A stretch of DNA of 32,000 bases from Acaryochloris thomasi RCC1774 (GCF_003231495.1 NZ_PQWO01000002.1:450001-482000), one strand, 5' to 3'. Numbered from the stretch's first letter, positions 9,526 to 19,066 are shown. Numbers and translations are program-made. Notes: a model not told the origin generated them from the sequence alone.

Positions 9526-10617
9526 ATGAATCGACGGCAAGAAGGACAGGTCACGTTTGAGGTGCGAAATGCGTTTTACCGCTCCACCAGTCAAACGGCT
9601 CGTGATCTGGGTGTACTTGCTGCTGCTGTCTATCGTCAAAATCATCCATCACTGCGTGTCTTAGATGCAATGGCGGGTTGTGGCGTCCGTTCCCTGCGCT
9701 ATGCCGTTGAAAGCAAGGCTGACTGGGTGTGGGCCAACGATGCCAATCCAGAGGTGGCCCCTGTCCTGAGCCTAAATTTAGCTCAGCTCAACGGATGTTT
9801 TCAACTGACGCACTGGCCAGCAAAGCGCCTGTTTGCTGACTGCTATCAGCGCCAAGATTTTTATGATCTGGTCGATATTGATAGCTTTGGTCGTGCTTCT
9901 CCCTTCTTAGGTGCTTGTCTGCAGGCCACGAAATTAGGGGGCTTTATCTATCTCACCGGGACCGATAGCCGCACCGTGGCTGGGCATGACCCCGATGCCT
10001 GTTTGGGACACTACGGCACCTATGGGCGATCGCATCCTGCGGCCCATGAGCAGGGCCTCCGTATCTTGATCGGAAGTTTGCAGCAGCAGGCTATTATGCA
10101 GGGCTTGGTAATTGAGCCTGTCTTTTCCCTGTTTCAAGGGCAGATTTACCGTGTGATGGTCCGCCTCGCTAAGGCTCAGATTTCCTTTGCCGATCTCTAT
10201 GGGTTTCTGGGTTATTGTCATCAATGTGGACATTATCAAACCGTAGGCTGGCGCTATTTGAGTCAGGCTACCTGCCCCGACTGTTCGCTTCCCTTAACGC
10301 TAAGTGGGCCGATGTGGTTAGGGCCGCTGCATGATCCTCCGTTTTTAGCTTGGATGACTGAGCTTGCGCAAGTTTGGCATTGGCCGCAGCGGGTTGATTT
10401 ATTGGAGCTGATGCAGGCTGAGGCGGGGCTGCCGCCGTATTTCTATACTGTGGGTGAACTGGGTAAACGCGGGCAGATGGATATTCCGAAACGAGATCGC
10501 ATCATTCAAGCCCTCAAGCAGGCAGGATATCGGGCTAGTAAAACGCACATCAATCCTCAGGCGATTAAGACAACCGCAACATTTAAAGAGTGCCTACAGA
10601 TTGCCCGACGACAGTGA
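9526..10617 (+). CDS. trm1: Trm1-like tRNA (guanine-N2)-dimethyltransferase
   Basis: SAM-binding region VLDAMAGCGVRSLRY, catalytic-type block DIDSFG, and a C-terminal Cys cluster (CHQCGH...CPDC), as in Trm1-family enzymes. Confidence 0.7.
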   Translation: MNRRQEGQVTFEVRNAFYRSTSQTARDLGVLAAAVYRQNHPSLRVLDAMAGCGVRSLRYAVESKADWVWANDANPEVAPVLSLNLAQLNGCFQLTHWPAKRLFADCYQRQDFYDLVDIDSFGRASPFLGACLQATKLGGFIYLTGTDSRTVAGHDPDACLGHYGTYGRSHPAAHEQGLRILIGSLQQQAIMQGLVIEPVFSLFQGQIYRVMVRLAKAQISFADLYGFLGYCHQCGHYQTVGWRYLSQATCPDCSLPLTLSGPMWLGPLHDPPFLAWMTELAQVWHWPQRVDLLELMQAEAGLPPYFYTVGELGKRGQMDIPKRDRIIQALKQAGYRASKTHINPQAIKTTATFKECLQIARRQ

Positions 10618-10699
10618 TGCCGTACTAAAACAGGCGATAGTGATGGACTGCGATGAGGGAACCCTAAGACTATAGAGACTTGTAGGGGAAGCCCGAGCC

Positions 10700-11437
10700 A
10701 TGACCGTCGCCGTTGAACTCATCAATCTCAGTAAACGGTTCGGAGAGGCTAAAGCTGTTGATCGCCTCCATCTTCAGATCCCGAGGGGATGTTTTTATGC
10801 GCTATTGGGCAGCAACGGGGCGGGTAAAACCACCACGCTGCGAATGATGGCCGGATTGCTGAAGCCCGATCAGGGTGACGCACTCATTCTCGGGAACAGC
10901 ATTACTCAGCGGCCTGAAGCGGCCAAGCAGCCTTTGGCCTATGTGCCTGATGATCCGATGCTTTACGACAAGCTGCGGCCCATGGAGTATCTAGAGTTTG
11001 TAGCGGGTCTATGGCAGATTCCACCAGATCAGGCGGCTGCTCAGGCACTGTTAGAAGAATTTGAAATGTGGGATCGGCGCGGCGAGTTTATTGAAACGTT
11101 TCCGCAGGGAATGAAGCAGCGGTTGGCGTTGGCAGGGGCGTTTATTCACAGCCCTCAGGTGATGCTGCTGGATGAACCGTTAACTGGCATTGATCCACCG
11201 ATGGCGCGGTTGATTAAAGATAAGCTCAAAGCCTATGTGAGTCAGGGCAATACGGTGGTGATGACCACCCATATTATGACCTTGGCAGAGCAGCTGGCCC
11301 AGCGGATCGGGATTTTCCATGCAGGGCGTCTGCTGGCGGATGGGACTTTGGCAGAACTGCAGGCCCAGACAGGGGAGGAGACGCTGGAGGATATTTTTAT
11401 TCAGGTGACGCGGCCTCAGCCTGTAAGTGGAGTGTAG
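10700..11437 (+). CDS. ABC transporter ATP-binding protein (ABC-2/exporter type)
   Basis: Walker A GSNGAGKTT, a Q-loop, a degenerate signature PQGMKQRLALA, Walker B MLLDEP and an H-loop TTH. Confidence 0.9.
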   Translation: MTVAVELINLSKRFGEAKAVDRLHLQIPRGCFYALLGSNGAGKTTTLRMMAGLLKPDQGDALILGNSITQRPEAAKQPLAYVPDDPMLYDKLRPMEYLEFVAGLWQIPPDQAAAQALLEEFEMWDRRGEFIETFPQGMKQRLALAGAFIHSPQVMLLDEPLTGIDPPMARLIKDKLKAYVSQGNTVVMTTHIMTLAEQLAQRIGIFHAGRLLADGTLAELQAQTGEETLEDIFIQVTRPQPVSGV

Positions 11438-11439
11438 CC

Positions 11440-13035
11440 ATGCAAGTTGGAAGTTTGCCTTGGCTGCTGCGCCATGAATGGCGAGTGTGGAGCCGCGACC
11501 CACGAGGATTTGCGTATTTTCGAGATGGGGTGAAATATGCTTTTTGGCTCTTTGCGATCGCACTCCTCTTCTGCCTCGGCTGGGTTTACTTAGCTACCTT
11601 CAACGACTACAGCAATCATGGCTTACAGGCATTCCAGAACAGCTTCTCGCAAGACCGTGATCACGCATTCTGGACTGCAGTTGGATGCCTAAGCTTTTTT
11701 GAACTCATAGGGCTGATGTCCCCATTTGATCAGATCTTCTTCATGCGAAGGAAGTTTGCAGCCCTGATTTTACCTACATCCTCACCCATAAAGTCCCAAA
11801 CCCTCTTTGCGGTTCAGTATTGTAAGCTGCTCTTCCAGTTATTCTCGTTCTATGGGGCCACGCTCCTGATTGCGATCTGCGCCGCCGTACTAATACAGTC
11901 GATTCAGCCAGTGATTGGCATGGCCATCGTGGGGCTTCAGTTAACGATTCTGCTGCCTAACCTAACTCTATGGGTTATTGTTCTGGCTTTGTGGCTAGGC
12001 ATACAGCAAGCCTTGCGAGTCTTGAATCTCAGTCTTGGTTTTGTCATGTGGGGCTGTGCCATCGCTTTTGTGATGGCAATTTTTTATGTAGATTGGACCA
12101 CTGTCAGTGAACAGCAGTTGCAGCAACTCTGGCAGCACTACTTTCTTGATAATATTTGGTGGGGGAGCGAGAGTTGGCTATGGCTCCCGGCCCGTGCGCT
12201 ATTGCTAGAACCGCAATCTATTGTACTGATGACCATCTTGACGGTGGGTGTAGCTGGGTTAACGTATAAATTCTTGCCGACCGCTACCCTCATTACTGCA
12301 CTTCAGCAGTTTCAACCCCAACAGACCAAGCCAGCAGCTCCAAAGCACTCAAAGCCGTTCATCAGTGGCGTGACTCGCAACATCGTGCTTAAAGAATGGC
12401 GGAGTCTGCAGTGGCGATCGCTATTGTCAGCGATCTGGCGCATCCTTGCCTTTTTCTTATTTGTGGTCGTGGTTGTCACGTTTAGTCCTCAAGCTGTACC
12501 AGAACTTCCCTCTGCTCTAGCTTTAACGATAAGTCTGACAGTTCTTTCTGGGGCTTTTCTATCGTCGATACTCACTACTCACTGTATTGCGGCGGATGAA
12601 GCGATGGAGTGGCTAGCCTCTGTTCCTGTTCGTAGCCGAATCTTACGACAGAGTAAACTCCTTGCCATTTTGAGCCTGATTTGGATTGCGCTATCACCCA
12701 CAATTGTATTGGTGCTTTTCTTTGGCGGCTCAGGATGGGTTACAGCTTTCGTGGTATTGGGTACGCCCGTCAGTCAGACCCTTTTGAGCTACTGGAATGC
12801 TGTCCCGATTGACCGAAAAGCTATCACCGATCCAAGGGACATGTCACTCTTTTATCGAGACGAACTACTAATGTGGCTGGGGGTGGCCTCCATGTTTCTA
12901 TGGATGGCCTGCGGGCTTCTGCTGGCCTCCGCTCAGTGGCCTTACGGCATCTTGATTTTGGTTCTGGAGTTAGGGCTGATGCGGTTTGCCTATCAACGCA
13001 GCCACCAATTAGGAGCCTCTTTGATTCCCTACTAG
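11440..13035 (+). CDS. Polytopic membrane protein, probable permease partner of the ABC ATPase
   Basis: The ATG is 2 nt after the ATPase stop. The 531-aa protein is very hydrophobic. Its two halves each open with an amphipathic L(L/K)xEWR motif (LLRHEWRVWSRD; VLKEWRSLQWRS) and contain an LP-x-S/V-P-x-(K/R)S-x-x-L block. Confidence 0.75.
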   Translation: MQVGSLPWLLRHEWRVWSRDPRGFAYFRDGVKYAFWLFAIALLFCLGWVYLATFNDYSNHGLQAFQNSFSQDRDHAFWTAVGCLSFFELIGLMSPFDQIFFMRRKFAALILPTSSPIKSQTLFAVQYCKLLFQLFSFYGATLLIAICAAVLIQSIQPVIGMAIVGLQLTILLPNLTLWVIVLALWLGIQQALRVLNLSLGFVMWGCAIAFVMAIFYVDWTTVSEQQLQQLWQHYFLDNIWWGSESWLWLPARALLLEPQSIVLMTILTVGVAGLTYKFLPTATLITALQQFQPQQTKPAAPKHSKPFISGVTRNIVLKEWRSLQWRSLLSAIWRILAFFLFVVVVVTFSPQAVPELPSALALTISLTVLSGAFLSSILTTHCIAADEAMEWLASVPVRSRILRQSKLLAILSLIWIALSPTIVLVLFFGGSGWVTAFVVLGTPVSQTLLSYWNAVPIDRKAITDPRDMSLFYRDELLMWLGVASMFLWMACGLLLASAQWPYGILILVLELGLMRFAYQRSHQLGASLIPY

Positions 13036-13099
13036 ACTCGTCTATGACATAGTTGCACGTTAACGCAGTGCTGCCATAGCCACGAATTTTGCATAGCCT

Positions 13100-13312
13100 A
13101 TGTCTGCCACCGATATCGATCCTGAACGGATGCAGCAATCTATTCAAATGGCTCGGCAGCGCACTCATGTTGACACAATTTGTTTGAGCGAGCGCCATGA
13201 TTAGGCTTGGCAAGTGGCTCGATAAATCACTCAAGTGCTGAAACTCGGTGTCCGAACACTCTTAAAATCCTTGTCAATAGGTCTGCAAGTTAAAATAGAG
13301 AAAATAAAATAG
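13100..13312 (+). pseudogene. Decayed N-terminal remnant of a minimal nucleotidyltransferase (MNT-type antitoxin) gene
   Basis: Reads MSATDIDPERMQQSIQMARQRTHVDTICLSERHD-TAG-AWQVAR-TAA-ITQVLKLG.... This is collinear with the N-terminus of the MNT gene at 13572..13915 (..IQTARQHAQ...AQAWQVARRAAQLLK). It has two in-frame stops and no GS...DxD catalytic region. Confidence 0.45.
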
Positions 13313-13324
13313 TGCCCCTCGTGG

Positions 13325-13567
13325 ATGGTTGAGATCCCAGTGGCCATAGCAAAACAAAGTTGCTACACAATGACTATATCGAACAATCCAGAAAGTTTTG
13401 AAGCTCAGGTGCTTAAACGTCTTGACAAGATCGACACTGACATCAAGACCACCAACGAACGAATATCAACCTACTGGGAAGCCTCAAAACTGCTGGTCAA
13501 TCTGGCCTTCGGCTTAATTGCAACTGCTGTCTTAGCCATCTTGGTTCGAGCTGCTGTCGGTGGCTGA
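13325..13567 (+). CDS. Small hypothetical protein with a C-terminal transmembrane helix
   Basis: 80 aa from the ATG at 13325, or 65 aa from the ATG at 13370. A polar, probably helical N-terminal part (FEAQVLKRLDKIDTDIKTTNERIS) precedes LLVNLAFGLIATAVLAILVRAAV. Its stop lies 4 nt before the MNT ATG. Confidence 0.4.
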   Translation: MVEIPVAIAKQSCYTMTISNNPESFEAQVLKRLDKIDTDIKTTNERISTYWEASKLLVNLAFGLIATAVLAILVRAAVGG

Positions 13568-13571
13568 ACAC

Positions 13572-13915
13572 ATGCATAACTATATCCAAACGGCTCGGCA
13601 ACACGCTCAAGCTGACAAACTCCGTTTGGATATCGCTATGCTCAGGCATGGCAAGTAGCTCGGCGGGCCGCTCAACTGCTGAAATCAAACTTTGGAGCCT
13701 CCCGCGTGGCTTTGTTTGGATCTTGCTTGTTGCGATCTCGTATTCACGATCGTTCCGATATTGATCTAGCGGTTTGGGGCATGGACGAGCGGCTGTACTT
13801 CAAAGCCGTAGCCCGCCTACAGGATCTTGATTGCAATTTTGATACTGATCTCATCGAGTTTCATAATGCCTATCCTCACATTCAGGTTGCGATTGAGAAC
13901 GGTATGGAATTATGA
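13572..13915 (+). pseudogene. Minimal nucleotidyltransferase (MNT, HEPN-MNT antitoxin-like), apparently frameshifted near 13630
   Basis: The downstream frame gives AWQVARRAAQLLKSNFGASRVALFGSCLLRSRIHDRSDIDLAVWG, which contains the GS-x10-DxD nucleotidyltransferase motif. The matching N-terminal helix (MHNYIQTARQHAQADKLRLD) is in another frame and ends at a TAG at 13656..13658. The only in-frame start for the catalytic part is the GTG at 13706. Confidence 0.6.
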
Positions 13916-13933
13916 GCCTCTTGTAACTTCTCA

Positions 13934-14929
13934 CTAAGCAGCGTGCTCGCTGCCATCTGGCATGGTTGCGCCGGTCCAAATTACATTGATCAATGTGGCG
14001 CTGCTTAACTCTGCACGGGTTAAATTAGCGTGGGTACAGTTGGCATTGGTCAGGTTCGCACGCGCTAGATAGGCATTCACAAATAAGGCTTCGGTTAGGT
14101 TCGCTCCCTCTAACTTGGCACGGCTGAGGTTGATTCGATTCAGTTTGGCTTGCTGTAGACTAGCTTGAGAGAAATTTGTTTGAGTTGCGATCGCATCCGT
14201 CAAATTCGCTCCATCTAGAACACACCCGGACAGATTTGCCTGCTGAAGGTCAGCCCGCTCCAGCTTCGCCGAGGTCAGGTCAGCCTGCTTGAGATTCGCC
14301 CCAGAAAAGTTCGTATCCGTCAGCAGTGCCCCCCTTAGATTCGCGCCCAATAAATCAGCCTCAGATAAATTTGCGCCCCTTAAATTTACATCCTTGAGAT
14401 TGGCCCCTCGCAAATTGACCTTACTGAGGTCAGCGCCCTTGAGATTAGCTCCTCGTAGATCCACCCGACAAAGAACTGCACCTCTGAGATTGGCCGGATT
14501 CCGTAGCTGCTCCTCCCTCAGGTTTGCGCCTCGTAGGCAGGCACCCGTCAGGTTTGTACTGCTGAGATTTGCTGCCCGCAAATCCGCATTGATCAAATTG
14601 GCATCTGTGAGATCGGCCAGCGCTAAATTTGCCGATAACAGCATCGCCCCCTGCAGGGTGGCTCCGTGTAGACTCGCATCACTAAGATTGACCTGCTCTA
14701 AATTCGCCTGACCAAGATTCGCGCCGCTCAGGTCTGCTCGACTGAGATTGCTTTCCTTAAAGTTGGCCCGGTTGAGATAGGCAAGCTGAAGCTGAGTTCC
14801 CTGCAAATCCCCTTCGGACAGATCTATACCGATTAAATCGGCTCCCAACAACTGCTGATTGCGGAGAATCTGACCGCTAAAGTCAGTGACGCCCGCCGCA
14901 TACTGGGCCAATAATTCTTGAGCCTGCAT
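13934..14929 (-). CDS. Pentapeptide-repeat protein
   Basis: About 60 consecutive A(D/N)LxX pentapeptides (ANLSGANLGQANLEQVNLSDASL...). I prefer the ATG at 14929, which overlaps the upstream stop as TAATG. The longer listed ORF (to 15019) would overlap the upstream gene by 91 nt. Confidence 0.85.
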   Translation of the reverse strand: MQAQELLAQYAAGVTDFSGQILRNQQLLGADLIGIDLSEGDLQGTQLQLAYLNRANFKESNLSRADLSGANLGQANLEQVNLSDASLHGATLQGAMLLSANLALADLTDANLINADLRAANLSSTNLTGACLRGANLREEQLRNPANLRGAVLCRVDLRGANLKGADLSKVNLRGANLKDVNLRGANLSEADLLGANLRGALLTDTNFSGANLKQADLTSAKLERADLQQANLSGCVLDGANLTDAIATQTNFSQASLQQAKLNRINLSRAKLEGANLTEALFVNAYLARANLTNANCTHANLTRAELSSATLINVIWTGATMPDGSEHAA

Positions 14930-15756
14930 TATGATGCCCCAGGTGTTTTGACCGTTTGTTCTACCCTGTCCTTGCGCGCCGGACGCAGCATTGTGTGATC
15001 TTCTTCTTCTAAAGGCCAAGGCGGAGTGATGGAATCGGCCTCTACCGAATATGAGATTGCAACGTGTGCCTCACCGGTTGCACCGGATTGATTATAAATA
15101 GGCCTGACGGCCTGCAGCACTGCCTGTAAAGTCTGTGTCGGCTGGTCCAAAAGCTGCACGCTATCCACCGTTTGCCAGAGCCGCTCTTCTAAACCTGCAA
15201 ATGTCGGATAGGTCTGCCGCACATCCAGCAACAGCTCGTCTAAGGAGACCTGTCTCAAGCTGATCCAGTCCTGCCGTTGTCCTGTAATCACCTGATGCAG
15301 CGCTGAGTAAATTAAAATTTTGGCATTGAGAGGGGTTGTGTACTTGATCACCGCTAGCCGAAGTTCAAACACATCCACAGCAGATTCTTCAATTTTGCAG
15401 CGGTCCGAGGAATTGTTGTCACTGTAGAGCTGTGCGAGGACTTGGCAAATCGAGAGGGCGACCTCAGTATATTTTTGACGCTTACTGAGTTGAGATGCGC
15501 CCTCTATTAATATCGACTGCAGTGCTGCCGGGAAGTTATCGGTATGAGCCTGGCCCATCTCCGCAGGAATCTCATGCTTCGCTGCATTCTGTGAATGGGC
15601 CAGCAACTGAGGCAGCAATACCTCGACATTTCTGGCATCCGCTGCAGAATGAGGCCAGTCTTGTTCACACACCCAGTGAATCAGCTTTTTAATCCGATCC
15701 TGTTCTGGATGCTGCTGCAGCGTAACAATCACCTGTGGCAGTAGAGAAGCATTCAT
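14929..15756 (-). CDS. Hypothetical protein (275 aa), translationally coupled to the pentapeptide-repeat gene
   Basis: A long uninterrupted ORF with ordinary composition. Its stop overlaps the downstream ATG. I recognise no motif. Confidence 0.6.
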   Translation of the reverse strand: MNASLLPQVIVTLQQHPEQDRIKKLIHWVCEQDWPHSAADARNVEVLLPQLLAHSQNAAKHEIPAEMGQAHTDNFPAALQSILIEGASQLSKRQKYTEVALSICQVLAQLYSDNNSSDRCKIEESAVDVFELRLAVIKYTTPLNAKILIYSALHQVITGQRQDWISLRQVSLDELLLDVRQTYPTFAGLEERLWQTVDSVQLLDQPTQTLQAVLQAVRPIYNQSGATGEAHVAISYSVEADSITPPWPLEEEDHTMLRPARKDRVEQTVKTPGAS

Positions 15757-16007
15757 TCTGGTCTAGTTAACAAAGAGAGGCGTCAAGCAACATTTTCTGA
15801 AATACAAATCCCCTGAGCCAACCTTAAAAAGCCCAGATAGCTATTGCTAGAGTGCCCGCTTTGGCTACACTTTCCTCCGCATCGGCCTGAATTTGATGCT
15901 ATGGCGACGCATGTATTGAGTGAGGACAATAAAATGGCTGAAATTTATATTTTCCAGAGAAGTGCTGCTGTAACTCAACTGAGTACTGCTATCGGAAGCT
16001 TAAGAGA

Positions 16008-16044
16008 CCAAAAAATCAAGGCACCCCAGCAGGGATGCCTTGAT
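16008..16044 (-). terminator. Rho-independent terminator of petH
   Basis: Minus-strand RNA: AUCAAGGCA-UCCCUGCUGGGG-UGCCUUGAU followed by UUUUUUGG. It sits about 48 nt after the petH stop. The 9-bp stem can be extended by CCC/GGG pairs in the loop. Confidence 0.7.
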
Positions 16045-16091
16045 TACATCGAAGAAAAATTCAATCAGTCTAAACAGACTTTTTGTTCAAT

Positions 16092-17204
<1,113 letters not shown>

Positions 17205-17619
17205 CTAGCCTGTCTTATCTTAATATTTTGCAATAAACTGCTACTAATACCAAATACACATCTGGTTAGGGCGACACTTAATGCTCTAGAACAAGGCTAC
17301 CAGAACCCGTTACCTGACGAAATCGATACCGGTATCTATGACGAATCGCTCCGGGGTGAGCTGTGGTACCAGAGAGCCGCACCTCATTGAGCAGAACATT
17401 GAGTGTCTCAAAATTAGGTCTTATCCCGATTCTATTGGCCGATCCGCGTAATTTTTTGTGGTCTATCTCACCTTTGCTAAATCACTGATTTTGTAAACCA
17501 GTGTTACGGGTTAGTTAAGCTGTGTTTCAAGTTGGCCGTCTAAGCCCGTAAGTCCGGGGGGTTACCCAGATCGCCGTGATACGATTCACCTCGTAGCAGT
17601 AAATGAAGGGAGGATCTCC

Positions 17620-18840
17620 TTGGGACTACGGGTTGCTGTTGTTGGTTCTGGACCAGCCGGTTCGTCGGCCGCTGAAGTATTAGTTAAAGCGGGTATTGAG
17701 ACCTATCTCTTCGAACGCAAATTAGATAATGCAAAGCCCTGTGGCGGCGCAATTCCTCTCTGTATGGTGGATGAGTTTGACTTGCCACCTGAAATTATCG
17801 ATCGTCGCGTTCGCAAAATGCGGATGATCTCTCCCTCTAACGTTGAAGTTGATATCAACATTGAGCGAGAAGATGAGTATATCGGCATGTGTCGCCGTGA
17901 AGTTTTAGACGGCTTTTTGCGCGATCGCGCTCACAAGCTGGGTGCAAACTTGATCAACGGCACCGTGAATAAGCTTGAGATTCCTACGGGGAAAAACGAG
18001 CCTTACACGCTGCACTATTTTGATCACTCCAATGGTTTAGCAACGGGCGAACCGAAGTCCTTGCAGGTAGACCTAGTGATTGGTGCTGATGGCGCTAACT
18101 CTCGCGTGGCGAAGGCCATTGATGCGGGCGACTATAACTATGCGATCGCATTTCAAGAGCGCATTCGCCTTCCTGATGAGTACATGGAGTACTACCAGGA
18201 TCGCGCTGAGATGTATGTGGGCAACGATGTCTCGACCGATTTCTACGCCTGGGTCTTCCCTAAATACGACCACGTTGCTGTTGGCACAGGCACGATGAAA
18301 GTGCATCAGGCCGACATCAAAAAGCTACAGGCGGGTATCCGCAAGCGTGCGGCTCGTCGGCTCGTCGGTGGCGAAATCATTAAAGTTGAAGCGCATCCCA
18401 TTCCTGAGCATCCGCGCCCTCGTCGCGTTGTCGGTCGCGTCGCCCTTGTGGGTGATGCTGCCGGTACGGTTACGAAGTCTTCCGGTGAAGGTATTTACTT
18501 TGCGGCCAAGTCGGCTCGCATGTGTGCTGAGACCATCGTTGAGACTTCTAACAACGGTGCCACGGTGCCAACAGAAGCTGACCTGAAGCTCTACCTGAAG
18601 CGCTGGGATAGAAAATATGCCATGACCTACAAGGTTCTGGATATTATGCAGCGGGTCTTCTATCGTTCTGATGCCAGCCGCGAAGCGTTTGTTGAGCTAT
18701 GCGCTGATTTAGACGTTCAGAAGATGACTTTTGATAGCTACCTGTATAAGACGGTAGTGCCCATTAACCCTCTTAAGCAGGTTAAGTTAACGGCCAAGAC
18801 AGTGGGTAGCCTCTTACGTGGTCATGCACTAGCGCCATAA
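17620..18840 (+). CDS. chlP: Geranylgeranyl diphosphate/chlorophyll reductase
   Basis: (M)GLRVAVVGSGPAGSSAAE dinucleotide-binding fold, KPCGGAIP, GADGANSRVA and GDAAG blocks. 406 aa, as expected for ChlP. The TTG start is preceded by GAAGGGAGGA. Confidence 0.9.
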   Translation: MGLRVAVVGSGPAGSSAAEVLVKAGIETYLFERKLDNAKPCGGAIPLCMVDEFDLPPEIIDRRVRKMRMISPSNVEVDINIEREDEYIGMCRREVLDGFLRDRAHKLGANLINGTVNKLEIPTGKNEPYTLHYFDHSNGLATGEPKSLQVDLVIGADGANSRVAKAIDAGDYNYAIAFQERIRLPDEYMEYYQDRAEMYVGNDVSTDFYAWVFPKYDHVAVGTGTMKVHQADIKKLQAGIRKRAARRLVGGEIIKVEAHPIPEHPRPRRVVGRVALVGDAAGTVTKSSGEGIYFAAKSARMCAETIVETSNNGATVPTEADLKLYLKRWDRKYAMTYKVLDIMQRVFYRSDASREAFVELCADLDVQKMTFDSYLYKTVVPINPLKQVKLTAKTVGSLLRGHALAP

Positions 18841-18864
18841 CGGTTCTCACTATCACACTTCTTT

Positions 18865-18895
18865 AAGGCCCCGAGTTTTCTCGGGGCTTTTTATT
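18865..18895 (+). terminator. Rho-independent terminator of chlP
   Basis: AAGGCCCCGAG-UUUU-CUCGGGGCUU followed by UUUAUU. It has a perfect 8-bp GC-rich stem and starts about 25 nt after the chlP stop. Confidence 0.75.
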
Positions 18896-18962
18896 ATGTA
18901 TAAAAATCAACGATGTATAAAGAACAAATAGGGAGCGTCCTAATTTAGCGAAAGTATTGCAC

Positions 18963-19066
18963 GGCCCTCTCCCTAAATCCCTCTCCCAATACTGGGCGAG
19001 GGACTTTGAGTGCTTTTATCTTGCTCCTCTTCTCCCAAGGTGGGAAAAAGGGGGGGGGATAAGGGC
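18963..19066. repeat. MITE-like palindromic G/C-tract repeat, copy 2 (diverged)
   Basis: GGCCCTCTCCCTAAATCCCTCTCCCAATACTGGGCGAGGGA ... CTCTTCTCCCAAGGTGGGAAAAAGGGGGGGGATAAGGGCC. It has the same GGCCCT/AGGGCC ends and the same CTCTCCCAATACTGGGCGA core as copy 1. Confidence 0.6.

Noticed and set aside
7499-13312. All four premature stops (two in the rhodanese gene, two in MNT remnant A) correspond to C>T changes on the plus strand. Signature of a strand-specific deaminase?
   Set aside because: Single-step nonsense mutations are almost always C>T or G>A transitions, so only the strand agreement is informative. With four events that is not significant. The ancestral codon of the TAA is also uncertain.
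14289-14711. A 140-aa plus-strand ORF (RFAP/LRFAP repeats) antisense to the pentapeptide-repeat gene.
   Set aside because: It is a mirror artefact of the 15-nt periodic repeat on the coding strand. The minus-strand reading gives canonical A(D/N)LxX repeats over the full length.
17493-17507. An NtcA-like site, GTAAACCAGTGTTAC, in the petH/chlP spacer.
   Set aside because: The spacing is GTA-N9-TAC, whereas the NtcA consensus is GTA-N8-TAC. No suitably placed -10 box was evident.
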